Of a DNA stretch of 64,000 bases, positions 1 through 11,900 are shown piece by piece. Every line of letters begins with the position of its first letter. Position 1 is the stretch's first letter. The DNA comes from Lingula anatina (lineage: Eukaryota > Animalia > Brachiopoda): the NCBI GenBank assembly GCA_051362555.1, contig CM120641.1, forward strand, positions 1,922,001 through 1,986,000, given 5' to 3'. The position numbers and the translations under genes are program-made. Below the pieces are notes generated by a model. The model saw only the letters and a list, made by a program, of their open reading frames with translations, searched no databases and was not told the origin of the DNA.

Positions 1-1764
1 GTACAATTTTTTTCAACATTGAAATGTCAACATCGGTATTGTTATATGTATATCGTATTTACCTTTTTCGTCTCTTCTAAACACCATGTATAACAACTAA
101 CAGGTTTATTTTCATAAATAAAGACATCTAAAGAAATACTGATGCGTGCAAGCACAAGAGCCCACTTACACCAATTCTAAATCGTAATTTAGCGTCGCTT
201 GATCAGGTTTACGTACTCACGATACATGTAAATCTAGATTAAAGACCTACAGCAGCCTCGCTCAACAAGTTTACGACGTTATTAATGGAACAGTCTTCGA
301 GGGTACTTAAGAATCATAGAGACTATAAATGACTATTTTAAAAGAGGATTTAAAACACACGCACGCATGCTCGCACACGTGCACGCCAATAAACAAACAC
401 AGGTGACTTTGAACAAAAAACAAACAGTGGTTTTCATACTTGTGATGAACTTAATTGCATTTTCAATCATAAGTCACACTATTTAAGTCCTGATATCTAT
501 TAAATATTATACAAAGTGCATTACTTTTGATAATAATGAAAATCCACAAAAAGCCTATATAAAGATTGCTTGCTAAGTCATGTCAGAAAAACACATGTGC
601 GCCCTTATCGTTTAAATAATTAACTGGGTTACTTACCAGTACCGCGTGTCAATTAAGAAAAATCAATAAAGCACAGAGCACTGTCAACACGACCACGAGG
701 AGACCTGGAGAGGTTAATCTTCCAATGCAGTAGACGTTTGTAAACCCCAGTCACTAAAATTTAGCCTCTCTCTGGATTTAGGCACAAAATCCATAAATAA
801 AGTGCTATTTAAAACATTTCTGTGAAAATCACGACAGAGATTAAGTTTATTTCTCAGAAACTGCTGTGAAATAAATACCTCGTATATTCCCCATCCTAGC
901 AGGCATTACGACCTAAGACTTGCACCAGCCCTGGCATACAAAGTACCCTTCACAACGCACGCTTTGACTCCAAGTTGGATAAACGTTTATATGTTTTCAC
1001 CTTATCGGACGTTTTTTGCCAAGAGAAAAGAACATTCTTGATAAAAAAATAATGCGCGCGATAAACTTTTTTTGACGAATTTGTATTTAAAGTTTGAAAT
1101 ATATATATTTTTCATTTTTTCTTATAACCATTCGTTGTTCATATCCGCCTGCCCTTTCAATTTCTTGGACTGATCTTCAGAGATGTCTAACAAAGGACTC
1201 AGTTACGTTCCATCTGGAAATCCGAATCAAATTATTGATAACCGTTTTGAGGACCGTGATTCTCTTGTGGCACTTGTGTGTCTATGCTCACATTGAGTAT
1301 TAATGCTACATCCTAAAAACAGGAATGGGCTCAGCTTCCATGGTTTCTTCACAAACAAATAAATCACACGTGCTTTCGAGCGTGCACGTGACTTTTGTTT
1401 TCATGAACGACTAGGATTTTCTAGGCCTGTAATTTATGGTATTGAGAGAGATTATATTTTACTTCTATTCTCTTTTCTGTTTTTGTATACCAGAGGTCTT
1501 TCATCACAGCTAAATGTAATTTTAAATGTAATTTTAAATCGCCCCGCAACAATAATTAGCACTGGTGGAACTAAATCCCTCTTACGGACAGAAGAGAATC
1601 GTATAGGCGCCAGCCAAGCTTTGAAGATAAAGCCTAAATCTTACTTCCCTGTGACGAAAATAGATTTGATCAATGGAAGCTCGTTTATTAGGTCTTAGAC
1701 ACCGTCCAGCATTATGATAAATTGACGCCTCAAGAAAGAGACATTACAGAGATTTTCTGTATAT

Positions 1765-1850
1765 AGCCCCATTCAGAATAGGGAACTAACTAATCCGAGG
1801 ATCAGATATGGCCGACCCTCTTGAATACTTCCCCACGGGATACCTATCCA
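1765..1850. mobile_element. Truncated copy of MITE family A (Tourist/PIF-Harbinger-like)
   Basis: Carries the family A terminus GCCCCATTCAGAATAGGGAACTAACTAATCCGAGG and the internal TTGAATACTTCCCCACGGGAT; the other terminus is missing. Confidence 0.7.
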
Positions 1851-1957
1851 TATTGGATACAGATCAATGGTTCATTGTTTTTTTTTTCTTTTTAAGTGAA
1901 GTTCCGATAACAGCTCGTGTAGCATCAGCGATGAATAGAATAGTACCGTACTAAATA

Positions 1958-2530
1958 AACAAGAATAACTTGTCAAGCCAGTGAATCCTATAATGCTATA
2001 ATGCTATATAGTCCGATAATTTCCCAAATAATGCCGGCTATTGGAAAACAACAAGGGCCGGTTGCCAGTCAAATGTTGGAATGGTAAGCTAACTAGGTCG
2101 TTTCAGTGTTTTTTTTCCTTCTTCTTTGGTACTTGGACGACGTGTAGTGAATGATACAAATTCATTGTTCCTTTTACAGTTTTTGGAAACTAAAATAGAA
2201 AACAGCACTTTTATGGGCATATTTACCAGCTGCGAACAGTAGTGTCTGAAACCGGCGAGTTCCTTCCTTAAACCATTTTTGATTAGACCATCAATATGGT
2301 ATCTCGGCTGTATGAGCCGAAATGTAATTTTGGTAGATCTGTGATATTACAGAGCTGAGCGACGTTTCAACTGGCAATAAGATAAGCTACGACATTTCCT
2401 ACCCATTCAATAGGTCAAAGGTCAACATATGCAAAGCATTGATAAAAGAAATTTTCCATATGAAATTGATAATCCGGACCGTAAAAAGTTTGCATTCCAC
2501 CATTTTTGAAAATAGTCCAGCTACTATTTT
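1958..2530. mobile_element. Putative Helentron/HINE-like non-autonomous repeat
   Basis: Starts AACAAGAATA and contains a short CTATAATG tandem and GGTCAAAGGTCAA, as seen in invertebrate HINE-type repeats. Boundaries uncertain. Confidence 0.3.
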
Positions 2531-3949
2531 CTTCAACCTTGCCATCTTTCAGTTCAGTTTTTTCAGTTGTTCGTAAGATTGCCCAATTGTTCACTTTTTA
2601 TATGTAAAGAAAGACGCGAAATTTGGCAAGATTGTTGGCAGCAGCGATTGGATATATATTGTTGCCATTTGGTTTGAACTAGCCATCCACAAGGTGCCCG
2701 AAACACAAAGTGTATCCTTGCAGAAAGGAGGGCCAGAAAGGAGCCAGAAGCATTACCTTGGTAACTGAATAGTAGTCGTGGATGCACTGTGTTCACCATC
2801 ATATTTTCCTTTAACGGTCATATAATGCTATATGTTGAAAAGAAATCAATGATTTATAATCCATTAGCTGTAGTAACTTTATTCATTATGAATCTTTTCA
2901 TCAATTCATTTTTATTGTTTTTCACTTAATTTTATTGTCGTTTTTCATTCTTAGGAATTCATCAGACTTTGTAATTTAAACCTTGTTACCTCGCATTTTA
3001 GCGATAAAAGCGTAAAAAAGACTTGGTTTTCTTGTCAGGAAGATACATGTGCATGCACTTCCCGAATTGTGAATAAAGGAGTGGGAAAAGCCTTTTAAAC
3101 CGACATAAATCGTTAAATGCATGTGATTAAGCACCTAAGGGGAACTTCAAATGTTCACCGGACACATCAGGACCAGGATGGAGGATGGAGGCACGTCAAC
3201 TCAGTATTAAATAAGATAAAAAAATCGTGGTATTTCACAATTTGCAAATGTACAATTTTCACAGGAAACTCTTATGGATAATCTGTCTTATAATTAACTT
3301 ACAATGTGTTGAAATGACGAAAAAAAGAAATGTTAAAAGCAGAGACTTATTGGTAGCATTCTTGTCTGCCATGAGTAAGCAAGCTGTAAAGCTGGCTGAT
3401 GCTGGAGTTCCCATTGATTTATGACGGGTGGAAATGATGATAAAAAAGCACCCAGTTTATTTTAGGACACCTTTGTAACGGTACCTGAAAAACTATTGCT
3501 GCACATAAAGAAAGGTTTCTTTCCTGATATCTAAAAGTCAACCAGTTACGAACAATTCTTGATAAATATGTATTACATGATCCATTTTGTGGATTCCAAA
3601 TTAAAGCTGCTTTTGATTTCAATGATGGAGTGATACATCTATCTAAATAAAAAGGTAATAAGAAATTTAACTTACCGAGGGCGCTATTCGGGCATTTTCT
3701 CTGCAAAGCTGTTACTCTTGCAAGCTTCATCACGTGACCAGTTAAGTAAAAATGTTCAAAGGCTCGACGTATCTTATTAAGACGTTAAGAGCCAGGAAGA
3801 GCCGCAACATGCCTTAATCTTGTTCTATCCACCATAGTTCATATTTCACCTCTTGGGGTTCTGTCTCAGTAAAAAGCGCAGGCTGAAATATGTCTTGTAT
3901 GCCTTATAAAAAACTATCACACGTTACGTAGCATATCAGCATAAAAATG

Positions 3950-4203
3950 TTTTGAGGATTCATGTCAATTCACCGTATAGATCTTAAGGAAAATATAAGT
4001 ATTAGTACTGATGCATTTCTGAAGATCTATTTTACAAGTGTCAAATATAATCCAAGCTTTCGGCCCCTGGGCCTTCTTCGGGGATTGTTATGCTTATTTT
4101 TTTTCATAATCCCCGAAGAAGGCCCAGGGGCCGAAAGCTTGGATTATAGTTGACATCTGTAAAGTAGATCTTCAGAGATGCATCAGTAATAATATTTATA
4201 TTT
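3950..4203. mobile_element. Palindromic Penelope-like (pLTR-type) insertion with 12-bp flanking direct repeat
   Basis: About 97-bp inverted arms (3990-4086 / 4108-4203), flanked by AGCATAAAAATG at 3938-3949 and 4204-4215. Confidence 0.65.
4106..4147 (+). ncRNA. Minimal type I hammerhead ribozyme-like motif (mirror copy on - strand at about 4047-4088)
   Basis: ATAATCC-CCGAAGA-A-GGCC(CAGG)GGCC-GAAA-GC-TT-GGATTAT: stem I ATAATCC/GGATTAT, core CCGAAGA (U4C variant of CUGANGA), stem II GGCC/GGCC, GAAA, and palindromic AAGCTT at helix III. Confidence 0.55.
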
Positions 4204-4529
4204 AGCATAAAAATGCTGACATGCCAAAATTTCGTCTTTAAGTAAAAAAGTAGACTACGACAATTTTAGTGGGACTTGTTGTATCCAGAGACAGAAATTG
4301 GCCTTTGTATCGTTTGGCCATTTATTTATTTGCTCACTTACTCATTTATTTATTTATTTGTAGGGGAGAGAAAAGGGTGGGACTTAGAAACTACAGGAGG
4401 GGCACTTGTCCTCTGCCTCATCCTCCCGGGGATCCTCATTAAAGCAGTTTATCCTGGCAGCATTGTATTTGAATACCAAATTGTCAGAGAGCAGACCAAT
4501 TTCAATTTTATCACGCCATCACTGACTTA

Positions 4530-4704
4530 GGCCCCATTCAGAATAGAGGACTAACTAGTCCGAGGATAAAACATGACGACCCACTACAAAGCTTGCAGTC
4601 CAATCAGCTAATAGACACTGAATAGATATCCCGTGGGGAAGTATTCAAGTGGGTCAGCCATATTTGACCCTCGGACTAGTTAGTCCCCTATTCTGAATGG
4701 GGCC
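4530..4704. mobile_element. MITE family A, full length (Tourist/PIF-Harbinger-like)
   Basis: TIRs GGCCCCATTCAGAATAG(A/G)GGACTAACTAGTCCGAGG at both ends, flanked by TTA/TAA; four copies in the window. Confidence 0.85.
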
Positions 4705-5882
4705 TAATTGTGGATGTTCATCTGGCACTGCCTTATTCGTCGTGTAAAATTTGTCAGGCCTTTTGTTTTGTGTTCTACGCGAAATAAAAGTATACAGAAG
4801 ACAACGATCTGTAGCTTTCTAGGAGCATTTGCAACATCATGTTTGTACCGTACATGTAGAAGCCGCAGAAAGGCCCCGAGAGATATTAAACATGCGGGGC
4901 ATGTTCACGGTACAATTACCAAGTCGGACAGGGTCAAGTAAGGAGATGACCCCTGTCAAGAGATATTAACTAAATCCGTGTGGACATTTTCTTTATAGAA
5001 GATCATTTCTTACTGTCCAAACAGAGCAGATACATCTGCATGTAGAGTGGAATTTTGAATATCATAGGGAACACACTGCCTTCCTCTTGTATACATTTCC
5101 TCAGTGCAAGATGAACATTATTATTATTATTATTATTATTATTGATACTTGTGCATTTTGATAGAATGGCTATAATCTAATAATACTCGGTAGAAAAGCG
5201 TTTCCTGTGCGACAAGTGTGAAGTAAGCATTCACCTGATAATTACACTATAAGGCATTCAACTGAACGTGTAGTGACGGACAACTCTTACACGAATGTAG
5301 TTGAGTAAATCAGATTTTCGCTTGGGATGGAAGTACTTTACAAGTCTCTAGCGGATGAGGGTTATTAGTAATTTCTTTTCAGTATGCTATAAATCAATAA
5401 CTGCATGTGTATTGTATCTTGTATATCTAAAGTTACTCTGAAAAAGGTGTTTTTATGTCAGCTGTAGAACGTGTGTGGTAAGTAGTTTCTAGTTGGATTA
5501 AGAAAGGCAGGTGCGCGGCATGCACAACCCTTTTGGTTCAAAGCAAATACATGTTTCTATCAAAAGTAATAAGAGCAATGGGACCCAGGGAAGATTCGCT
5601 TTTAGAGCAAGGGTGGTGATGAATGACAGCGAAATGCTTCATTTACGATAATGTTCATCGCCTTTTTAGATAAATGCCCATTGTAAACTTAGCCTTTTCC
5701 ATTCGATCAAATTGGTATATAAATAACAAGTGTTTTTCCCCTACATAAGGACAGGAAATGGCCAATGTTTCATATGTACTAGTTACAAAAAGAGCCGTCC
5801 ACTGTATGCGACATATAATTTACCGAGATATAATTTACTCTTGTATGTCGCATATAGTAGACAACGGGTAATTGTAACTGAC

Positions 5883-6009
5883 TTATACCACGACTGGTGC
5901 TTCGAACAATAGGATGAACGCACCGACGCGTATGAAAATACTGGCAAACCAGAGTATGCTAAATACAAGTGCAAGTATCCTATTGTTCGAAGCGCCAGTC
6001 GTGGTATAA
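5883..6009. mobile_element. Small MITE with 33-bp terminal inverted repeats
   Basis: TTATACCACGACTGGTGCTTCGAACAATAGGAT ... ATCCTATTGTTCGAAGCGCCAGTCGTGGTATAA (1 mismatch). Confidence 0.7.
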
Positions 6010-7639
6010 AATAAGAATATATACTGGACATGAGATCAAACAGAAAAGGAGTATCCGATCGACAGGTGTAAAACACTATCTGCTTTAACATTAAAGAGTA
6101 CCTGAACAATGAATCATTATTCATGAAGACATCAATGCATGGGTTAATCGTGTCATATTTACGCACCACGGAAGAAAGAAAACATATTTCCTTGAACCAA
6201 CAGTTAATACGTCAATTCTCGGAACGCGCGCAGGTGTTATTCTCCAACTGTAACCCTACCTCTATTTAAAAATAGAGGAGGCGTTTTCAATAACTAATGT
6301 ATTAATTTATTCAGTTTTTTGTCACCTCTTCGCATTTCCGGCTGCCTCTGCTACTTCTAATAAATTTGTTTACGCAAAGGGATAATGGTTAAATATGGCA
6401 AACCAAAAACAACATGATATAATTATAAGTCCACGGGAGTCAATTCACCAGTAGCAACTGGTTGACCTCCATCTAAACTGTATTCCTTTGTGCTTTGGAA
6501 TTTTGTCCTTGAACGACCAACGGCATCCCGACGAAAACAAAAGATATTAATGCTACCTCTGGCAATATCATTCCATTGAACTCTCTCGGGACAATACATG
6601 AAGAGATACGGTCCACTTTTAGATGCTAGCTTCATAATACGCCAGAAACCAAATCAACTTTGCTTGTGCATCGCATAGAGATATTATGTGAACTGAAAAG
6701 TCTTTTCCCTTCACATGTCACTAATAATTGTCTTATTGATATCGACATTAACACGACATGGATATGTTATTAACAAATTAGTGGATCTTATAAAAACCAA
6801 TTAGGTTTTCTTAAGAACGGTGTTACTTGATAACAGATTAGTCATGGAGAGACCGAGGCTGATGCTGACATTTAGAGAACGCTAATTTTGACAAAAAGAC
6901 CTGCCCAATAGCCACTTCAGCTTTTAGTTTTATTGCAAGGGAATATTATCCTAGAATACAAGTACTACGCCAATCTCTCGTACAGAAAGGGCATGTCGGT
7001 GTGTTATTTAAGTACACTAGCTTGACAGGATGAAACTAAGCACGAAAGCTTCAAAACTGTAAAGGAAATGCACGTGTTCAAAGCAGCTGCTTGCAGATGG
7101 CAATGTTGTTCTGGCTGGAAAGGAATTTTGCAAATAAGTTGGGGGGGGGGGGGGTGCACAAGGAGGTTCTTAATTTTTTTATATGTAATTTTAATTGCTG
7201 TGCTGTTTCATTCAGAAAAGCGTTTGAAATATGGTTGCCCCTAACAAACTAAGTCACCCATTCCAGGCAATTTCTCGCTAAGTTAAAAAACTTTGAGGGG
7301 GGGGGGGGAAATGAAATCACAATCAGTGACAGCCAAAACAAAGTTAGCATATGTGCTTCAACACTAAAAAGAATCACACATTAGGATTCAAAACGTTTAA
7401 AAGAAACTCTATTTGACTTCAAATTTGGTTTTGCGCAAAGAAACACCAGAATTGTTTGAGGTCAAAGCCAAGGGAACCATATATTTTGCCATTTAAGTGC
7501 TGCATTGGCATTGATTTTAGCATCATAAAAGAGATGTTTTTTCTACTTTAAACGCTTTCTTCGGTCAGTTCTGTTGTACAAGTAAATAGACAAGTGGTAC
7601 GCTTTACTGGAATCGTGAGGCTTCTCCAAGGTTGACAAC

Positions 7640-8226
7640 AACGATACCATCTAGCTTCCATAACGATACCAACTAGCTATCATAACGATACCATCTAGCT
7701 TCCAGCAGCGATACCAACTAGCTTCCATAACGATACCAGCTAGCTTCCATAACGATACCAACTAGATTTCATAACGATACCATCTAGCTTCCATAACGAT
7801 ACCAACTAGCTTTCATAACAATACCATCCAACTTCCAGCAGCGATACCATCTAGCTTCCATAACGATACCATCTAACTTCCAGCAGCAATACCAACTAAC
7901 TTCCATAACGATACCATCTAGCTTCCATAACGATACCAACTAGCTTTCATAACGATACCATCTAACTTCCAGCAGCGATACCAACTAGCTTCCATAACCA
8001 TACCATCTAGCTTCCATAATGATACCATCTAGCTTCCATAACGATACCAACTAGCTTCCATAACGATACCAACTAGCTTTCATAACGATACCATCTAACT
8101 TCCAGCAGCGATACCAACTAGCTTCCATTACGATATCATCTAGCTTCCATAACGATACCATCTAGCTTCCATAACGATACCAACTAGCTTTCATAACGAT
8201 ACCATCTAACTTCCACCAGCGATACC
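7640..8226. repeat. 22/23-bp minisatellite, about 26 units
   Basis: Consensus AACGATACCA(T/A)CTAGCTTCCAT repeated head to tail with no spacers. Confidence 0.95.
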
Positions 8227-9806
8227 TCACAGGTTCAAACAAAGGTACCAATGAGCTTTCAAGAACGATGCCAGCCACACGTTGAGACTTTTTTGTTTTC
8301 TCGTTGCATGAACAAAGGTTACTGTTTAATTTATTACTGTTAGTAAAAGTTTCAAGATCAATGCAATATATGAAAAATTAGTTTCCATCAAGTTCTTTGA
8401 ACATCGTTCCGTATTTGGCGCCCACCATTGTTTTAGTTTCATATTTAGGTAATTATACCGTAGCTGTAGGCCTTTAAAAGAAACGTTTCATCACTGGCCT
8501 TCGTACATAAGGCAAACACGCGACCATTTGTATGCGACCATTTGTATGGAAACGAAGTGGTAAGGAAACGTGTTTTATAGTTAAGGTACCGTTAAGAATC
8601 TATTTAATCTATTTAACAAAACACTGTCATTTATATCTTAATGAATTTAATAAAGTGGTAGATACGGTAAACAAAATTAACGTGAAATTTGGACAAATTA
8701 AGCTTGCAGATCTGATCATCACTTATACTTCGCAAGAGTCTTCATAGGTTCATTACGTATTCATTTCCTGCTCCCAGCCTGAATAATCTGAAGATGTAAT
8801 GGACTGATAATTTCCCAAGGGATTTGTTAATTTCGGTCTTCAGCGCGAACTATGGCCCATAATGTTCAAGTTCCTCTTGTATAATGCATCTCAGCGTCAA
8901 ACAAGGCCCAGTTTGGCGTCCCGGTTCCACCAGTAATTGCATTTTATTATTTATTCTCTTTTTACCTGCCGAGGACCCAAACTGGTCTGTAAGTCGTAGA
9001 TTCAATAATCTTCTTCTTCCTCTTGAAGTTTCCCCTTCTTTTTCTTTCTTCTGATACCGCAGGTTCTGGTAGACCCAGATCCGATGTTTGTTCTGAAGAT
9101 AATTACTTATTTGTGGTGTCATGAAGCGTTCAGCGTTTTCTGTTATCAGTTACCTCATCTGTCTGATTGACTTCTTTATTTTCCCTTCAACCCACAGTTA
9201 ATGCTGCTTCTCTTGCGTGTTTTGCTTCAAAATAAAACTTGTCATAGTTAGGCAATTAGGCAAGGCGTTATAATATTAGCAAATATCAAATTCAAATTAG
9301 ATTTCTGATGGATATGCAGGTAAAATTGTTTATTTTTAGTGGAAGTTTAACGGATTATTTTATTTCAATTTGGTTTTTGTATGTTTCTTTTACTCGAGGC
9401 CTACATTTTCATTGCGATTAACCAGCGGCTCCATTTTGATGTGCATTCTTAGCAGGCAAACGGAAAAACAACTGGGACTTAGACTTGACACCTAAAAACA
9501 CGTCTAAATGAAAAAAAAAAAAACATTTAGCGTCCTTCAATGAAGTTGGAAAGCGTAAACACAAATAATCCCAATCGGTTTTTCAAAATGGAAATCAGAT
9601 AGCAAGCATTACTCCCGACAGAAATATGCAGTTAATCGAGTTGAACATAACCTCAGTGACATATAGGTCATGACCGTCCATGTAAGCAAATTGAACTTCA
9701 TTAATAGAAATAAAAAAAAAGAATAAGGAAGGCACATTTTGAGATGAGAGACGCCGCAAGATGTTACTCTTTTGACACCCATCTAATGCATGCAAAGTGC
9801 CCCTCA

Positions 9807-9809
<3 letters not shown>

Positions 9810-9852
<43 letters not shown>

Positions 9853-9884
9853 AGAGAGAGAGAGAGAGAGAAAGAAAGAAAGAG
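9810..9884. repeat. Compound (TG)n(AG)n microsatellite
   Basis: Seen directly. Confidence 0.95.
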
Positions 9885-10834
9885 GGAGGGTGTTTTTGTA
9901 AATTTACATAACTATGCATCCGGACAAGGAACAAGATCATATTTATTTTCTCATATTATTCCTAATCACATGTGTCGTAATCTCAAATGAGCTGTCCGCC
10001 AATTCAATTCTCCCAACCTTCCTTCTATCAGAGGAGTTTTACAATTCATTTAATTTATTCTGAGAAGCACGAAAACTTGGACCAGGTCCAAAAGTCACAG
10101 ATAAATCTAATAACTATAAATACATTTACTTCTTTTAAAGCCTGTCCTACAAGGATCATTGATAATGGTAGTGAGTTTATTTTAAGTCATTGCAACCAAA
10201 AGGTTAAAGTTTTTACAGAAAAATATATTTGAATAAAAATTATAAAATAAAATATTTATATAAAATAAATGATTCACATTAAGGTCAAACTGAGTTCAGC
10301 ATGAAGCACAAAGCTCTAAAAGTTAGATAAAGAAAAAGGTGTAAAGATGTTTCGAACATTCTCGAATTACCTTACATTTAAGTTAGTTTGGTTATGTCTA
10401 AGCTTTCTGTATGTTCTGGAGGTAAAAATGTTCTTGTCGTTCTTTATTTTCTCGAAGAAAGATCTGTTCAGTTCTATCCGCCGCTTTTCTAAACTAATAA
10501 GATTTGCTGTTACTAGGGCATCAACATGAGATAAACCAGGAAATATAATTTTGACTTGCCTCGACTGAATAGATTCTATTATATTGCACTGTTCACTGGT
10601 TAAAACGGAGTGCCGAAAAAGACAAACATAATCAACAACAGGGCGAATTCAACTCTAATACACCAGTAATCGATTTGATGAAGGCAGTTTGGCAGTTTTA
10701 GCTGGCTCAAATTATTTACAATCGTGTACATGGTTTTTATACATATATTCAAAATGATCTGACCATTTCAGGTTGATTGCGATGAAAACATCCAAAAGTT
10801 TGAAATGAGACATTTCACTGACACAAGTCCCTCT

Positions 10835-11278
10835 CCCAGCGGGCAAATCATGTTGTTTCAACGTTGAAACAATGTTGAACTATATAATAACGTTGACAAG
10901 ACGTTGGATTAACATTGGATTTGAAAGTTGGATCAACGTCAAATAACAACGTTGTATCATCGTCAGATAACAACATTGTATCAACCCCAGTTTTTAGACA
11001 ACATTCTTGCATGAAAAGACATTAAAATGACCTGAAATGTTTTTTATTTTTGGTACAAAACACAGGTACACAATTATAACGTACACTGTAGAAACATTTA
11101 AGTGCCTGCTTTGTCTCATTTTTTCAAGGCATTTAGCTCCTAAGCATGTTTTGCACCTAAGCATGTTACACCCTTTTAGCCTGGGTGTGTGATATGACGT
11201 TGAATTTAGGTAGATCAACGGCGGTTCAACGTCCCAACCTGTTTTCAACGTTGATCCAATGTCACTATGCCTGCTGGG
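10835..11278. mobile_element. CMC/EnSpm-like non-autonomous DNA transposon
   Basis: TIRs CCCAGCGGGCA / TGCCTGCTGGG, flanked by TCT/TCT, with many subterminal CAACGTTG/AACATTG repeats. Confidence 0.7.
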
Positions 11279-11399
11279 TCTGCTATTAACTGATTGAAAT
11301 CCAGGTTGGGTAATATTAACAAATTTAATTTATTTTTGCGGCATTTAGCCTCATATTATTTCTTTCTTTCCAGTCAATGATTTCATTTACGGCCATTTG

Positions 11400-11900
11400 C
11401 ATGTTATTTGTAATATCAAAGCCACACACTTGAAAACAGCTGTTATCATCCACGACCTTGTAGTCTGGTCAGCTTACCTTCAGGTAGTAAGTTCATCGTG
11501 ATATATATATAAAATAGACTTAACAAGGTTCCTTGGGGAATGCCACAAAGACTGTGCAGTCAGTTAGAGAGCACTTTTTATATATTTCACTCTTAGTGAA
11601 TGACCACAACGGAAAGAACTCACCCAGCTGACAAGGATTTCTGGTGCGCCTTGGTCATGCAGTTTATTAAGTGGATTTGGTGATCAATTAAGTCAAAAGC
11701 CTTCGAGAAATCAAGGAAAGGAATCCTGAGAAATGATTTGCTTTTAGGTGAAGGCTCAAGACCGCTCATCCGTAAGTGGATTAGTTCTACTCGGGCATGC
11801 GGCGTGGAACTGCTGTGCAAAACACCGAACTGAGTTATGTCAATATCTAAAAAAATTCTCAAATCCACTTCACTATGAAAGATTCAAGAACCTTGCTGCG
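11400..11900 (-). mobile_element. Degenerate CR1/L2-clade LINE reverse transcriptase fragment
   Basis: Minus-strand RT motifs in the correct order: QFG..SST, FLDFSKAFDLIDH, GIPQGT, then (Y)KVVDD as a YxDD remnant; frameshifted. Confidence 0.85.

Noticed and set aside
630-800. Minus-strand exon ending at CTG|GTAAGT (about 637)
   Set aside because: Good donor but the frames I checked contain stops. It may be a UTR exon of a gene left of the window but cannot be supported.
2567-3730. Exon-like or ORF-like stretches (including LADAGVPIDL)
   Set aside because: Interrupted by stops, no consistent splice phases and no recognisable domain.
5783-6169. 128-aa ORF
   Set aside because: Runs through two inverted repeats and is not protein-like.
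7640-8226. CRISPR-like array
   Set aside because: Units are contiguous with no unique spacers, there are no cas genes, and the context is eukaryotic.
9790-9990. ORFs with CVCVCV / ERERER (also at 17748, 19213, 58659)
   Set aside because: Translations of microsatellites.
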